Shown piece after piece: positions 13,045-51,190 of a DNA stretch of 64,000 nucleotides. The notes beneath the pieces are model-generated. The model worked only from the letters and a program-made list of their open reading frames with translations. It did not search any database and was not told the origin of the DNA. Position numbers and translations under genes: made by a program. The stretch comes from Chrysomallon squamiferum. Its lineage: Eukaryota; Animalia; Mollusca. The DNA lies in assembly GCA_012295275.1 (NCBI GenBank), contig CM022677.1, positions 18,910,001-18,974,000 of the forward strand, written 5' to 3'. Positions within the stretch are counted from its first letter, which is position 1; each line of letters opens with the position of its first letter.

Positions 13045-14289
13045 TTGTTGTTGTTGTTGTTGTTGTTGTGTGACGTCCTCTACGTCGTCCGTTTCAGAAA
13101 CGAGCCTTTCCATTTCCTCGAACGAATCGCCGCTGTCTGATCTTTCTTCCTCGTCGTCAACAATCTCCCACCCAGAGTCTTCATCCACAGTCCTCCCCAT
13201 CCCGCTGTCTTGATCGGTGCTGCTGTAGCTGATGTCCTTCGTCAGGTTGTCGATTTCTCCAATCAGGTTCCTGAACTCGCCCACCAGATTCGTCGGCGCG
13301 CTGCTGGGCTCGTGCGCTGCCGCCGTTACCATAGCAACCTCGGGCACGGTCGCGTCTTCCAGGTTGTCGTACGCGCCGTCGGACAGGACGTCGCCGGCGA
13401 CGTCGCCGCCCGACAGCGTGCTCGCCGACGACTGCGAACTCGTCATGTCGGAGATGCTCATGTTCTGAGCGGTGAACTCGTGGTCGGCGTACTCGTTGTC
13501 GGAGACTTCGGACGCGGACGTGTTCAAGCCGGTGTCGTCGCTGGCGGAGATGTCCAGGTCGGACAGCAGGCTCGTGTTCATCACGTCGCCGCCGACGCCT
13601 TTGCTGGCGGAGAGCTTGCCGGTGTCGTTGTCGTTGTCGTTGTCGATGATTTTCAGCAAATTCTCGTTGTCGCGAGTGCCGATTATTTCCCTGTTGTCCA
13701 GAATCTCGAACGTCGTTGTGGTTCCAGTCGTTTCTGTTCTCTCTCTGAACGCTTCGTTGTCTAGAATGCACTGGCTGATGTTAAACTCAAAATCTTCTTT
13801 GTTTTCGTCCTGGTTTTCCTCTTCTCGGAACTGCAACATCTCCGAGGGTCTTGATTCAACCTGTGCAGAAATTTTGCCAGCTTCGTCGAAACTGGACTCA
13901 TCGGCTCCAACCAAAGTGGTCTCCCCTTCCACACGGGTTGCCTCCCTTTCCACGAGAGCCGCTCCCCTTTCTGCAAGAGCCGACTCTCTTTCCGTCGGCA
14001 GTGCTTCCATTTCTGCCACAGTTGTTTCTCTTTCTGTGAAAGTTGCCTCCCTTTCCGTAAGGGTTGTCTGCTCTTCGTTCTCTTGAGACCCGTCTAGGTC
14101 GAAGCCTGTTTTCTCTGCGGACCTCGGGGTGTAAAACTGACTTGGGCTATACATTGCGTCTTCTTCGTTATACGCCCACGCCCATGGATACTGATAGGTC
14201 CACCCTTCGTCTGCTGGGGGAACTGTCACTGGTTCCTCTTCAGGGGAAGGATCACGAAGGAAAGAATCGCCCTCTTGTTCACCTTCCTT
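1..14289 (-). CDS. Giant coding exon of an uncharacterised, extremely Glu/Thr/Ser-rich low-complexity protein; runs off the left edge and is broken by several indels
   Basis: Acceptor ...ctcttgcacgtttcag|AAG GAA GGT at 14289 is in frame (phase 0) with the 1874-aa ORF 8605-14229. Acidic reading frames then continue (7493-8527, 6018-6782, 3945-5534, 2947-3759, 2605-2892, 1981-2232) with repeat units that are multiples of 3 and no intron-like sequence. No globular domain recognised. Confidence 0.8.
640..1420 (-). repeat. 21-bp coding tandem repeat (7 aa, approx. VSESELP)
   Basis: Repeated actgggagttcactttctgat and variants; a related block lies at about 2640-2880. Confidence 0.9.
1427..2230 (-). 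repeat. 42-bp coding tandem repeat (14 aa, [14 protein letters not shown]), array 1
   Basis: About 19 highly similar copies of the same 42-bp unit as 1-490. Confidence 0.95.
2960..3240 (-). repeat. 24/33-bp coding repeat (TEEIGVSE / [11 protein letters not shown])
   Basis: Repeated tttcactgacacctatttcttc; seen in ORF 2947-3759. Confidence 0.9.
3850..8460 (-). repeat. 24-bp coding tandem repeat (8 aa, TEIEEKEV / TETEEKEV), about 4.6 kb
   Basis: Unit ttcagtgacttctttctcttctat repeated throughout, with higher-order block duplications. Confidence 0.97.
13012..13068 (-). repeat. Coding (CAA/CAG)19 polyglutamine tract
   Basis: 19 consecutive Gln codons inside the 1874-aa ORF. Confidence 0.95.
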
Positions 14290-14559
14290 CTGAAACGTGC
14301 AAGAGATTCGGTGTTAACTGATACGTCAGCAATTAATGTCAGAACTAACGCAGCACTGCTGAAGATTGTAATTAAAGACAGGAATAATCAGAAAAAGTGT
14401 AAATTTTGTTCAAGACTGTGATGAAAGTAGTGTTTGGTTTCTGACAGTTCTAGACAAAAATATTAGAAAAGAGCGTTATCTTGACCTAAGTTAGACTTTA
14501 AATTTATCTCTGATGTTGTTCTGTTCTCCCTCCCTCCTTCTATCTGTCTGTCTGTTTGT

Positions 14560-17160
<2,601 letters not shown>

Positions 17161-17322
17161 AACCTCTTGCACATTCTTTATACCACCTTCTAACTTAACA
17201 CTATTCATTCTTGATATCTAAAAAAAAAAAAATATATCAGTCACCGCCCCGGTTTTACCCTGACTAAACCAACAGACACAACATCTCTTCTCCACCTTAT
17301 ACAGCTTTGTACATATTATTAC

Positions 17323-17361
17323 CTCTTCTGCGAGTATGTACTCACGGATTGGCCCTAACGG
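17323..17361 (-). CDS. Candidate 39-nt phase-0/0 micro-exon (PLGPIREYILAEE) of the giant-exon gene
   Basis: ...gctttcccatcatcagttcaaatgtag|CCG...GAA GAG|gtaata; lies in an island of unique sequence among microsatellites and its phase matches the giant exon. Confidence 0.45.
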
Positions 17362-17630
17362 CTACATTTGAACTGATGATGGGAAAGCAAACAGTGGAGC
17401 TGACTCGATGACCCAGAGATGGACGAATGGTCAGAGTTTTGTATGATTAAGGATTAATGGAAATAATTAAATAGCTGTTTCATGTGCGTTATGAAGAAAG
17501 AACAAGGCCCCCAGAAAAGTTAAACAGCTGGTCTCCGGTTGAATTTCAATCAGTTTTCCATACTATGAAGTTGGTTTATTTCTGTAACTATCTGCGTATG
17601 TATCTATATCTATCTGTCTATACATATAAG

Positions 17631-17690
<60 letters not shown>

Positions 17691-17763
17691 TGCAATAAAA
17701 CTTACACAATTAATAACTAACATCTACAGATGGACACTTGTACTATTATTTTTATTATTTTCA

Positions 17764-17808
<45 letters not shown>

Positions 17809-17947
17809 TGCATTAAATATCACACACTTACTCTCTATTTATTTCTCTCTCTCTCTCTCTCTTGCTATGTGTGTGTTTATATCTCTCTAAACACAGACAC
17901 AAACACACATACACACATAGATACTTCTAGTCACATGCCAGAATATA

Positions 17948-18087
<140 letters not shown>

Positions 18088-18310
18088 TGTTTGTATTTAA
18101 CACATAGTATGTCTGTCTGTCTGTGTGTGTATATGTATGTATGTAATAAATAGAGATGGTGCCAAAGAAAAATAAAAGAAACAAACAAAAATATATCTTT
18201 CTTAAGCAGACATCATGGGGCACCGTGACATTTTATCACAGGGAGAAAAACTGAGTGCGTAAGCGGAAATATCGACAAAAATACTTGACACCGTCTGTGC
18301 AATAACTCAC

Positions 18311-18325
18311 GTTGTGCACAATCAT
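18311..18325 (-). CDS. Candidate first coding exon (MIVHN) of the giant-exon gene
   Basis: gaaaATG ATT GTG CAC AAC|gtgagtt: A-rich start context, consensus donor, phase 0. Confidence 0.45.
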
Positions 18326-19616
18326 TTTCACAGCAGAAAAGAAACGTTTGCTAGAACCTTCTATTATCGCGTTTCAGAACACTTCTGTTCAAACGAAATT
18401 TTAATATCATTGATGCACTACAGTCCCCCGGTGATAGTATTGAGTTACTTTATTGGTTTTGACTTTATATTGATCGATTCGTAGTTTATGGACCTACTTT
18501 AATCTTGGTTACTCGATTTCCTTGACATTTGAACTGTTAATGAATCTACTTGATACTTGATAATATAATGACTGGATGATCTACTTGATATTTAATAATT
18601 TAATGTATGGATCCATTTGTGTATGGATTTATTGTATTATGCAGCAATATAATAACTGATAATTTGATAATACGATGTTATAATTAAATAACAATTTTTC
18701 GATTATTAAATGGATACTTAATGGCATTTAATTAAATTATTTATGAATTAACTTATATTTTGTTATAAAATTAGCAAATACATCTTGTATCCCTAATACA
18801 GGGAATATTAACGTAGATTATATTACAGTAATAAACACGTATATTGAAACGATGATACTTGATTTTTAACTATGTGTTATTAAATTATACTTTATGTCTG
18901 ACGTATATATAATTGTATTACAAAAAAACATACCTGACTTTCTGTTGTATTTCAGTCTATTTTAAACAGCCCATCTTCTTTAAAATGTAATAAAAATCCA
19001 ATGCAGCAAAACAGTAAAATAAAGAAAAAGTTTACAAAAATTTAAAAATAAAATAAAAGATATCGTAAAAAATAAAAATTCCTTTTAGCAAAATTCAGCT
19101 ACAGTAGAGAGATTAGACCTAAAAAAAAAAAATGTGTTCCAAAGTTCTGTATAAATATATTCATAAACTGACATTAAAAACGGAAGCAAAATCCTTCTCT
19201 TTTTAAAATAAGAAAACAAAAAGAAAAATTAAATAACTAAAATAATAAACATTTATGGAAAACTCTTGGGATATACAATAACTGTAGAAGTAACTTAAAT
19301 CCCTTTAGCTTCGTTTTTTAACATTCGCGATAATGGTTCTTATACGCCGAAATATAAAAGTGTGAAATGAGACCTAATGTAAAGCTTGTCATGAGCAGAC
19401 GTCATTTTTTCTAAGCTGAAGTCGGTACGAAGCAGACGGGAACAAACAGAAGATTGTGAAATATTACACAACGTAAATAGACAGTTATTAGAAACGGATA
19501 AAAAGAGGTTGAAAATGATACAGAAAGCACGAAACGAAAATATGACCATGACCTCACTAAATCAAACATCGCTAGCATCACAAAGGCACGTAATTATTAT
19601 CATCTTCATCATGATC

Positions 19617-19663
<47 letters not shown>

Positions 19664-20399
19664 CATTATTATTATTTATTAATTAATTAATTATTTATTT
19701 ATTTATTTTATTATTTTTCTCTTTTTAATTACGTCTTGGAACAGGTTACTTACGATAACAGTCGAATGATTTAAAGTACACCAATTCAGTATTTTGTTCC
19801 TGTTTAAAATAAACTGCTTTATAATGTGCTACAGCTTCTTCAAACAGATCGGTAGAAGCTGATTTTTTTTTTTTTACTTTTGTTTTATCGATTGTGAGGG
19901 ACGTTTTGTTAATACTGACTTCATCATGACGATGGTTTTTTTTCTCTCTGTTACAACATTACAAAACCTCTATACAATTAAATTCATACCAAATGACCTA
20001 TGTACTGGTATCTCCTAATATACATTTGGCTGACATTATGTAGATTAAAAAATAATAATAATAATAAAAATAAATAAATAATAATAAATAAATAAATACA
20101 TAAATAAATAAATAAATAAATAATGCATTATCATAATTAAATTCAGGCAGATAACAGCAGATGCGTCAAACATTTTTTTTTTTTCTTTGAACACTTTATT
20201 TGTAGAGTTTAACGAAGTCAGCATAGGTTATAATGAAAATAGATTATTTATACTGTTGATCTATGTTGCTGGTTTTAACCGGCACACACACACACACGAT
20301 AAAAACATTCTAATATCTTACAACAATCATCTAGGAGATGGCTCATTTACATTTAAAGTGTACGTTTGGTCATTACAAAGAGATAGTCGAAATATATTC

Positions 20400-20570
20400 A
20401 CTACAGATTGGCTATTGGTTTAGTTTCGTTGTCCAATCTTTACTAAAAACGAAGATTAGAAAACATCTATTGATGTTATCGCATACAGGATAAATTCTGT
20501 TACGAAGTTTCTTCTGCGATCAGAATAAAATAATTTTATCGATCTAATACGTATGCGATGACGTCACAAA
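20400..20570. promoter_or_regulatory. Possible promoter elements for the giant-exon gene (CCAAT boxes, palindromic CRE)
   Basis: ATTGG/CCAAT motifs at about 20408-20437 and TGACGTCA at 20559-20566, between the TDRKH 3' end and the candidate ATG exon. Confidence 0.3.
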
Positions 20571-20978
20571 CCGACTTCTGAAGGGTGGAAATGGTTCAGT
20601 TCAAATAATTTGTTACAATATTATTTTATTGTTTTAATTTGTAATAAGCGATGATACGTCCCTCAAAATATTAAAATAATAACTTTGAAGTATAAACAGC
20701 TTTATTAAGGCATTTATTAATATTACTACATGTAAAATTTAATGCAAAAATCACGAACACGCAGAGGCATGCATCTGCATGCATATATACAAACAGTTTT
20801 AGCAATAATTAGCTAATAAAAAAAATTAAAAATAATAAAAGACTTGTACATTGTTTATTTTTGTAAGTAAAATATAATTGGTTATTTAATGTCACATGAC
20901 TGAAATCAGCCAACAGAAATTGATCAAATTAACTAACTAAATTAATTAAAAGTAATTGTTTCAGAGTGATATTATTTA

Positions 20979-21020
<42 letters not shown>

Positions 21021-21085
21021 CAACAACAACATATGAGACAAGAATACTATCACAACTATTTTTGTGTGTGACAAGTCTAAGTTCA

Positions 21086-21124
<39 letters not shown>

Positions 21125-22260
21125 AAAAACAAAATGTCAGTTAGAAGGGATAAAAAAATAAAATCTTTAATCCAGTTAAAAGTAATAATAATAAAAATAA
21201 TAATAACAATAACAACAGCAGTAATAAAGTGTTAATTACTATTCAAATAAAAAACTTTCTTTCTTTATTTTCTTGTCTTTCTTGATATTTTTTTTATTTC
21301 TAAGCTTTATAAACAAAATGTTCGTAACAAAACCAAACAAGAATTTCTTATCTATGCACTAGTCGCTATAACAACTACTAATACAGAAATAAACTGTATA
21401 ATACTTCTTATAATAAAAAACAAGTTACCATGAACAACTAGCAATACAAAAGTAAACTGTATGTAATTATTTCCTATAATAAAACACCCTACTATGACAA
21501 CTACTAATACAAAAATAACTATATATTTGTTTTTATTATTTTTTAGTTAAAAGAAATTAAAAAATTAAAAACTTTAATATAAATTTCATCCATATCAGAT
21601 TACATCACTCGCATGCTTTGACAATGCACCTGCAAAGAAAAATATAATTAATGTATGATTTGGTTATTACACTTTTATAATCATCTATTTAAACTTTTTA
21701 ATAAACAATTTTCAAAAAATTTCATATTTTTGAGTTTCATATTTTTCCTTTCATTTATATAAAAAAAATATTTTGTTTTTGTAAACTGAGGCTTAGAAAT
21801 GATTGTGTTTGTTGATAAAATTGCTACATCAGTCACCATCTGTTATTGCATAAGGCCATAACCCATAATTTTAGTTCATTGTTTCTTCTTCTTCTTATTA
21901 TTATTATTACACTAACTGATCATTAACTGAATATCTGGTACATAATTTATCTTTGTGTATCTTTTATTATATTATTATTATTATGATTATTATTATTATT
22001 ATTATTTACTATTTTATGTATTAAATAATTCTGAGGGCTATAGTTATGGCTGTTCATTTTTCATTTTCACTACAATTATTCATGATTTGTTGTTACTACC
22101 ATTTTATTTGCAATCTTATGAAATCTGCACCCACTGTATCAAAAATAGTTAAAATAATATTATTCTCTCTATATCTTTTCTTTTTATTTTATTTTATCTA
22201 TATTTTTATAAGATATCGTGAGGTCAAATATTATTGTATTTTACTGATGGGGGGGGGGAA

Positions 22261-22303
<43 letters not shown>

Positions 22304-22931
22304 AAATTATTATTATTATTATTATTATTCCCTAAAGTTGTATTATGTTTCTTCTTCATCCACATTTCTGAGGGGCTGGGGAATGAACTGTTTATGATGA
22401 AACAAGCACAATAACCACAAACAACCCAAATATTATTGCGTGCTTTCACTGCAAATAATATATTTGATATGGGATAAGTAATAACACAGTTCACATGTTT
22501 CATGCATTGTAATGAAATGAAAATGATTTTGTTTTTTTTAAATCATACTTGAATGTAGTTATGATAAAATGGATAATGAAAAAAAACAGTGACATTCAAA
22601 AATTAAATTAAATAAATTGGTTTAAAGTGTTTTCTTCATCTGTGTTTGTAAATCAGCCTGCGTTTGCGAAGATGTATAAGTTAATGGTTTATTCATGTCT
22701 GTGTATTTAATATCAGAAATCTCAAATTTTACTTCTATTTTTGAATACAACACATAAAGTTTAAATCATAGAAAATTTTTAATTTTTTAATTTCAAAATT
22801 ACTTAAAAAATAAATATAATGATCTAAAACATTTTTTTTTTTTTTTTTTAATGAATTATTATGCTCAAAATACTGGCTGTATTCTGAATAATGTTAAAAA
22901 TGATAATTTCTAGTTCTAAATTTGTAGAAAT

Positions 22932-44158
<21,227 letters not shown>

Positions 44159-45092
44159 TACTTGCTGTCTACCCACCTAGTTACACACGAGTTATGCCTT
44201 TTTTTTGTTTTTTTTATCTCCTGTGGGCAATTTTCAAAATGTTTTCCGTTTTATTTCAGTTTACGATATTCAGTGTAGATTTGTGATTTTCTGAATGTTT
44301 CTTGTTTTTTAACTTTGGTTACAGTTACAATTCCAACATAGGTTATTCTTTTTTCTTTTCTTTTGTTTTTCACATAGGTTACACTTTTCAGACAAGTTAC
44401 AGTTCTTTTATATTTATTTAACTTTTTCAAGAACGTTAATTTTCACTTCGATTATGTTTTTTCACTTGTGTTGCAATTTTCTTGTTAAGTTCTTATTTGC
44501 ACACACAAGTTACTATTTTAAGTTACAATTTCTTCTTCTGTTGTGTTTTTTCTCTTTTTATTTATTTTTTGTTTAAAAGTCTCAAAAATATTCTGAAATA
44601 ATTTTGTTCTTTTCTTTTCTTTTTTTCTTTTCAGGTTCGGCTTCTAATCGAAAGATTCTGAAAAATAAAAATAAATCTTTATTAAAGAGATTATTTATTC
44701 TATCAACATTATTTTAATACAGTATCACTGTTCTGTGACTATAATCACTGATGTCAAAGGTTGGTAGGTAGGTAAAGACCAGGAAGGAAAATAATAAAAT
44801 ATAGATAAAGAAAAAGACAGAAGGAAAATGAAAGAAAGAACAGGAGGGAACATCAGAAAGTGATAGAGAAGAAGAAAGACAGACAGGTGGAAACAAAGAA
44901 TGTCAGAAAAGAAAGGAAATTTAAATTAATATTCTTCAAGACATCATATCCAATTTAAATTTGGTTGCTGATGCTGAACAATTGATAAGCTCTTGTCTGC
45001 CAGTTCCAATCATGCTAAATTGATTAAGTTTTGAAATCTGTCACCTGATAATCCGTAAAGATTTCAATGTATTAATTAATTAATTATACTGA

Positions 45093-45128
<36 letters not shown>

Positions 45129-45711
45129 TAAAACCATAGTGATATAAGGATATATCTTTTAAAGTTTTAAAAAACTTGAAATAGATGAATTATTATTATT
45201 TTTTAATGTATTTATTTTATGTGCCTCTGACTAAGCTAATGATTACTTTTCAAGGATGAAATTGCCCCTTTTGACTGTATATTTCATAAGATAGAGTATG
45301 TCTATCTGTCTGTATGTCTGCGATAAGTATTTAGTTCATTTATAATTACACAAACTGCAATATTTATCACAGATCATATTAAAACAGAACCTTGAAAACC
45401 ATCATATGATAAAAATAAAATAAATTATTCCAGCAAGATAAAAAAAATGCCAAAGGTACAACTGAAGTCGTGCAGTTTTGCATGTACCAGAGATGCATCG
45501 CCATGGTAATTGAGAGACAGGAAGTACAGAAAAAAAAAAAAGAGAAGAATAATATACAGTAAAAATTGGGTAAAGAGTATCTGAAGGAAAAAAATGTTTA
45601 CGTTGGAGAAAGATGTTTACGTTAGGTACAGATGTTTACGTTGAGTAAACAGAAATGAAGAAAAGGTGTAACGTAGGAAAATAGTTTGATACATTTGTGT
45701 AATGAAAGATA

Positions 45712-45785
<74 letters not shown>

Positions 45786-46860
45786 AGAGAGAGAGACAGA
45801 GAGAAAAAGAGATAGAGAGAAAGGAAGAGGGGTAGAGAGAGAGAGAAAAAAAAATGAGTATGGATATATAGCCTGTATGTCTCTGTGTCTGCCTGTTAGT
45901 ATGTATTTATGTTGACTTGGACATAGAAAACAAAATTAATCATCAAATAGAAATATGAACATCTGAAAGACAGACAGACAGACATACAGTCAGAGAGAGA
46001 GAGAGAGAGAAAATTCTTTTTCATTTTACTGAAATGACTTTCATGAAATACACTGGTACAGACTGAAGGACATAAACACTCCAGGTGCACCTTTCCACCG
46101 AATTCCCCCCCCCCCCACTCTCCCCACCACAAGACTGGGTATTAGCCAGTACACCTTACAGTGTGCTGTTGTTCTATTTTTAGACTAACATTTGAAAGAA
46201 AAAGGGGAAAAAAAAACAAATCATGAAGACTAGGCGTTGTCCATCATGACTAACTTACCATTTTCGTAAACAAGATCCAGATGGAGAAGAAAGTACACAC
46301 GTACATACATATGTGTGTGTGTGTGCATGCGTGCATACATGTGTGTGTGTGTGTGTTTCTGTTTTGGTGAAATTTATTCATTCAAAATAAAGCAGGAAGG
46401 GAAGAAAAAGTAAAAAAAGAATGAAAGAAAGAAAGAAAGAAAGGACAAGGAAGAAGAATGAAGAAAAAAGAGAGAGAAAAGAAGAAAGAAGAAAAGTTAA
46501 AATAAAGAAAAATATGCAAGATAAAAACATTAAAGAAATCCTTATTTCTTCTTGTTCCTTCTTTCTTTCTCGTAATTTTATTTATTTATTTAATTATTTA
46601 TTTACCGTATTTGTTATTATTTTGAGAAAATTAATTACCCCTGCTATTAAAAAAAAAAAAAAAAAGAAAAGACTTTTCATTTCTCAGAATTAAACAAAGA
46701 TTTAAAAATGATTATCACTAATTAACTTAAATGCAGAACAGCTAAACAAACCTGATAATGGTTTCCATATGACAAGCCAAGAAAAGGTAATTGCAAGTGA
46801 AAACAGTTTAAAATATATGATTAGTTAACCACAGAATAACAACTCACAGGAGGGAGGGAA

Positions 46861-46935
<75 letters not shown>

Positions 46936-47852
46936 AAAGGTTTAAGAGTGGGAAATGGAGAGAAGGAGAATATGTGTGAATGAGAGATTAAAAGATGGAG
47001 AAATAGAAAAAATGAAAGTATATAATATATACATACAGAGATTAATAAACAGGAAGAGAAAGATACATTAAAAAGTTGGAGATATAGAGGTTAAAAAGAG
47101 GTGTGTGTATGTGTGTATATATAAGCACACATACACACAGAGAGAGAGAGAGACAGAGAGAGAGAGAATAGAAATGACAGACAGACAAGATTAATAAAAA
47201 TGACAGTAAATTATTAATTCTTTAACAAAAAATTTGAATCTTACAATGCCAGCCAAAAGGATATCACATACTAGTGTTGACATTTCATTTACCAAGACAG
47301 CACATACCATAATCTTTTACACGACTAACCACACTACTCAAAGTTGGAACTGGATATAAAACCAATGAACAGAATAACAACATATAACCTTTTACTCTAA
47401 CTGTAGCAATTTCTTCTTCTTCTTTATTTTTTTTTTTCCTCCCCAAAAATAAATATTTTACCACAACTTGCTGTACAACGTTGTCATGGATACATAAATT
47501 ATAATTTAAAAAGTTCACAGAAAAAGTTTTAAATTTTTTTATAAATTTATTCATGCAGATTTAAACCACTATTCACAATAACAAAAATTATTTTTTAAAA
47601 ATAAATAAATAAATAAATAAATAAACAAAGAACAAAATTCTCACCTGTAAGAGTTTTTTTAGTGGCTATCACACTAGCCACATCTCGAAAAAAGTACCAC
47701 CTGTAAAAAAAACCTCCCCAATATTTATAGTTACATGATGCAAAAGCACTGAACCGGGACAGTCCATTATGGAATCTGGGGTGGAAAGGTCAGACAAGGA
47801 CACCTAAGGTCATTCAGACATGTGGGATCAGGATTATTATGTACTCTGTTAA

Positions 47853-47903
<51 letters not shown>

Positions 47904-48104
47904 TATTTATATATATATATATATTTAAAAGTGGAAGATACTGGGAAATACTGGATGGAAGTGATAATGATATGAAGATATTAATATACATGTATGTGTA
48001 TGTATTTGTGTTAATATGTATGAATGTTAGTGTGTAATAATATATGTATGAATGTTTGTATGTATGTGTGTATATGGTATCAGTAAATGCATGATGTAGG
48101 TATG

Positions 48105-48140
<36 letters not shown>

Positions 48141-49263
48141 TGTGTGTGTGTGTGTATGTGTGTATGTATATGTGATTCTGATCATGTATCTAATACAAAA
48201 AAAAAAAAAAATGAAGAACATTATTTTAGTAATATTTGTTTACTCAGTCTAAAAGGAGTATTTTCCCTACACCAATAGCGCTAGTTCTAATATACTCAGT
48301 CTTAAATGGATTTTTGGTAATGTAATTAGAAAATAATAATAAAAAATAAAATAAAACAAAGTTCAAAGTAATTAGATTCATTAATAAACTGCTGTGATTT
48401 CCTAAATATTAAAAATGTCTGATTTTAATAAAGCTAATTTTAAATACTATAATATTAAAGGTTAAGATTAAAAGATATCTATCTACCTACCTTCCTAATT
48501 ACATATATAAATATATACACACATACATACATACATTCATAGTTATAAACATATACATACATGTATACATAGACACAAACACACACACACACTCATACAC
48601 ACATATATAAATACATACGTATATATAAACACATACAAATACACACATGCAGGCATACATACATATATACATACACACACACATGCATATACATAATTCT
48701 AATAGAGAGTCAGTTTAAAAGTAATATTATGATAAAGATTTCACAAGATGAGTACCACATGATGTCTGCTAACTTACTGAAGAGTGAGTGGGTGTAACAA
48801 CCTACCCCGCCCACACAAACTTGACCTATGGGGCATCACAAGATTTATGTCTGGCATCCACTGTTCAAAGACACAGAAGCATTTTGCTTTTGGACCTAAA
48901 GGAATTACTCAACCAACTGTTGAGCTCTGCTAAATGTGAGGACTACTGAAGTAAAGGTTAATCATTTGTAAGTAGATACATGTGTTTGTGTGTGTGTCTG
49001 TGTGTGTGTTAGTATATGTATGTATATATGTAGCAGTAGCAGTAGTACCAATGGTACTAGTAGTAGTAACCGTAGTTATATTAGTAGTAGTAGTAGCAGC
49101 AGCAGCTATAGTAGTGTTTGTAGTAGTAGTAGTAGTAGTAGCAGTAGCAGTAGTAGTAGTAGTAGTAACAGATAAGATTACATGCATTATTGATGGTTTA
49201 ATGGTAATAGCGTAATAAGTATTGGTAGCAGTAGTAGTGTTGATATAACGTAATAATGTCAAA

Positions 49264-49318
<55 letters not shown>

Positions 49319-50172
49319 AACACAAATATACATAAACATACACTTTATATAAATTTATTTTAGATCGTAGAACAATTATAAGGGTATTGTGACAATACAT
49401 TCTGCTACAAATTGCCAAAAATTAAATTTGAAAATTATATATTACCAAAAAAAAAAAAAAAAAAAAAAAGAAGAAATATTATAAATTACAAAACAAGAAA
49501 AAAAATTTAAAAAAGAAAAATCAAATAGATAAGGAGGAAAATAGACAAGAGGAAAAAAACTAATGAAAAAGAACATTAAGATAAATATAATTTATGACTT
49601 GTGAAAGATAAGAAAATGTTTACGTGTAAACTCTGTGAAACCTGGGTCACTGTAACCCTGAATAAATAAACTACATAAACAATAAGACAACAACAACAAC
49701 AATAGTAGTAGTAGTAGTAGTAGCAGTAGTAGTAAGATGTAGTAATAGTGATAATAATGATGATGATAATAATAAGAATAATAATAATAACAACAATAAG
49801 AGTAATAATAATAGTAAGAATAATAATAATAATAATAATATCAACAACAACAATAATAACATAACAATAATGAGAAGAAGTAGAAGAAGACTGATAATAA
49901 CAATAATATTACTACTGCTATTAAAACCATAGAACAAGAAAAACAAAGGTAAAAACAGGATATTTATTTATATTGGTATCTTATGATACAGAGAGAGAGA
50001 AAAAGCAACAGAGATGGAGAAAGAAGCAGATAAAAAGAAAGACAGAAGAAAAGAGAAACAAAGAAAAAAAAGAGGATGAGCCAGAGAGAGAGAGAGAGAA
50101 AGAATTAGTCTTGTCTTTTTGTGTACATGGACCCATTTAATATAATAAAAATTAATTTAAATTTTAAAAAAA

Positions 50173-50207
<35 letters not shown>

Positions 50208-50379
50208 ATACATAAAATAATATAATAAACTAAAAATAAACTAAAGAAAGAAATAAAGTTTTCCAAAGTACAGTGTATCTTTTACTTACTGTAACAAGTT
50301 TTTAGATAAAGTTTGAAATATGGGAAACAGGTGTAAGGGCAACTAAGTTAAGAACACTGGTGAAAAGGGAGATAAGTTT

Positions 50380-51190
50380 TCCTATCATAATGTGACTACA
50401 CACACGAAAAGGAACATTATGGTTTGCTGTCTTTTTTTCTTTTTTTGTGACTGCACACTAGAAAAGGTACGTTAAGATTAGTTATCTTTTTTGTGACTGT
50501 GCACACAAAAACTAACATTCTTTAAAAAGTAGATTATGGTTTAAATTTTTGTTGTATTAAGGTTTCCTACTTTATGTGGACTATATATGTGATAACGGAC
50601 ATTACAGTCTGCAAGTGTTTTTGTAACTGTACATATAAAAAAGGATTATTTAGTTTTTCTATCATTACATGACTGCACACATGAAAATGAACTCTGTGGT
50701 GTCTGAACTTTAGTAACTAGCTACAAACACAAAAAGGAACATTATGGTTTACAATATTTTGTGAAAGCACATGTGAGAAAGTAAAGTTAGTTCTCTTTTA
50801 AGTTACTACAAATGAAAAAGAACATTAAGGTTTATTGTATTTATGTGACTGTATACATGAAAAGGGACATTAAGGGTTTTTTATGTGACTGTACACATGA
50901 AAAGGACATTAAAGATTTTTATCTTTATGTTAATCATACAAAAAGGGACATTAAGGTCTTTTTTTTCTTTTTATGTAACTGTTAACATGAAATGGAAAAT
51001 TAAGGTTTTCAATTTTTAAAGGACAGGACACGTCACATGAAAAGGGACATTGTGGTTAGCTACATTTATTAAGCTTTAAGTTTTTCAATTTTTTGTGAAT
51101 GCACATGTGAAAATGTACATTACTATCTTTTATAACTGTGAGCACGAACAGGGACATGATTGTTTGCAATATTTTATAACTGTAAGCCAT
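50380..51190. repeat. Degenerate minisatellite, unit about 45 bp (gtgactgcacacatgaaaaggaacattatggttt...)
   Basis: The motif gtgact...acatgaaaagg.acatta recurs at regular spacing, roughly 15-17 times. Confidence 0.85.

Noticed and set aside
13181-14086. Overlapping Arg-rich and antisense ORFs in the GC-rich part of the giant exon
   Set aside because: By-products of high GC3; no recognisable protein features.
47735-47856. Possible C/D box snoRNA (ATGATG...CTGA)
   Set aside because: On the strand opposite the host gene, with no terminal stem or identifiable guide; the motifs are too short to support a call.
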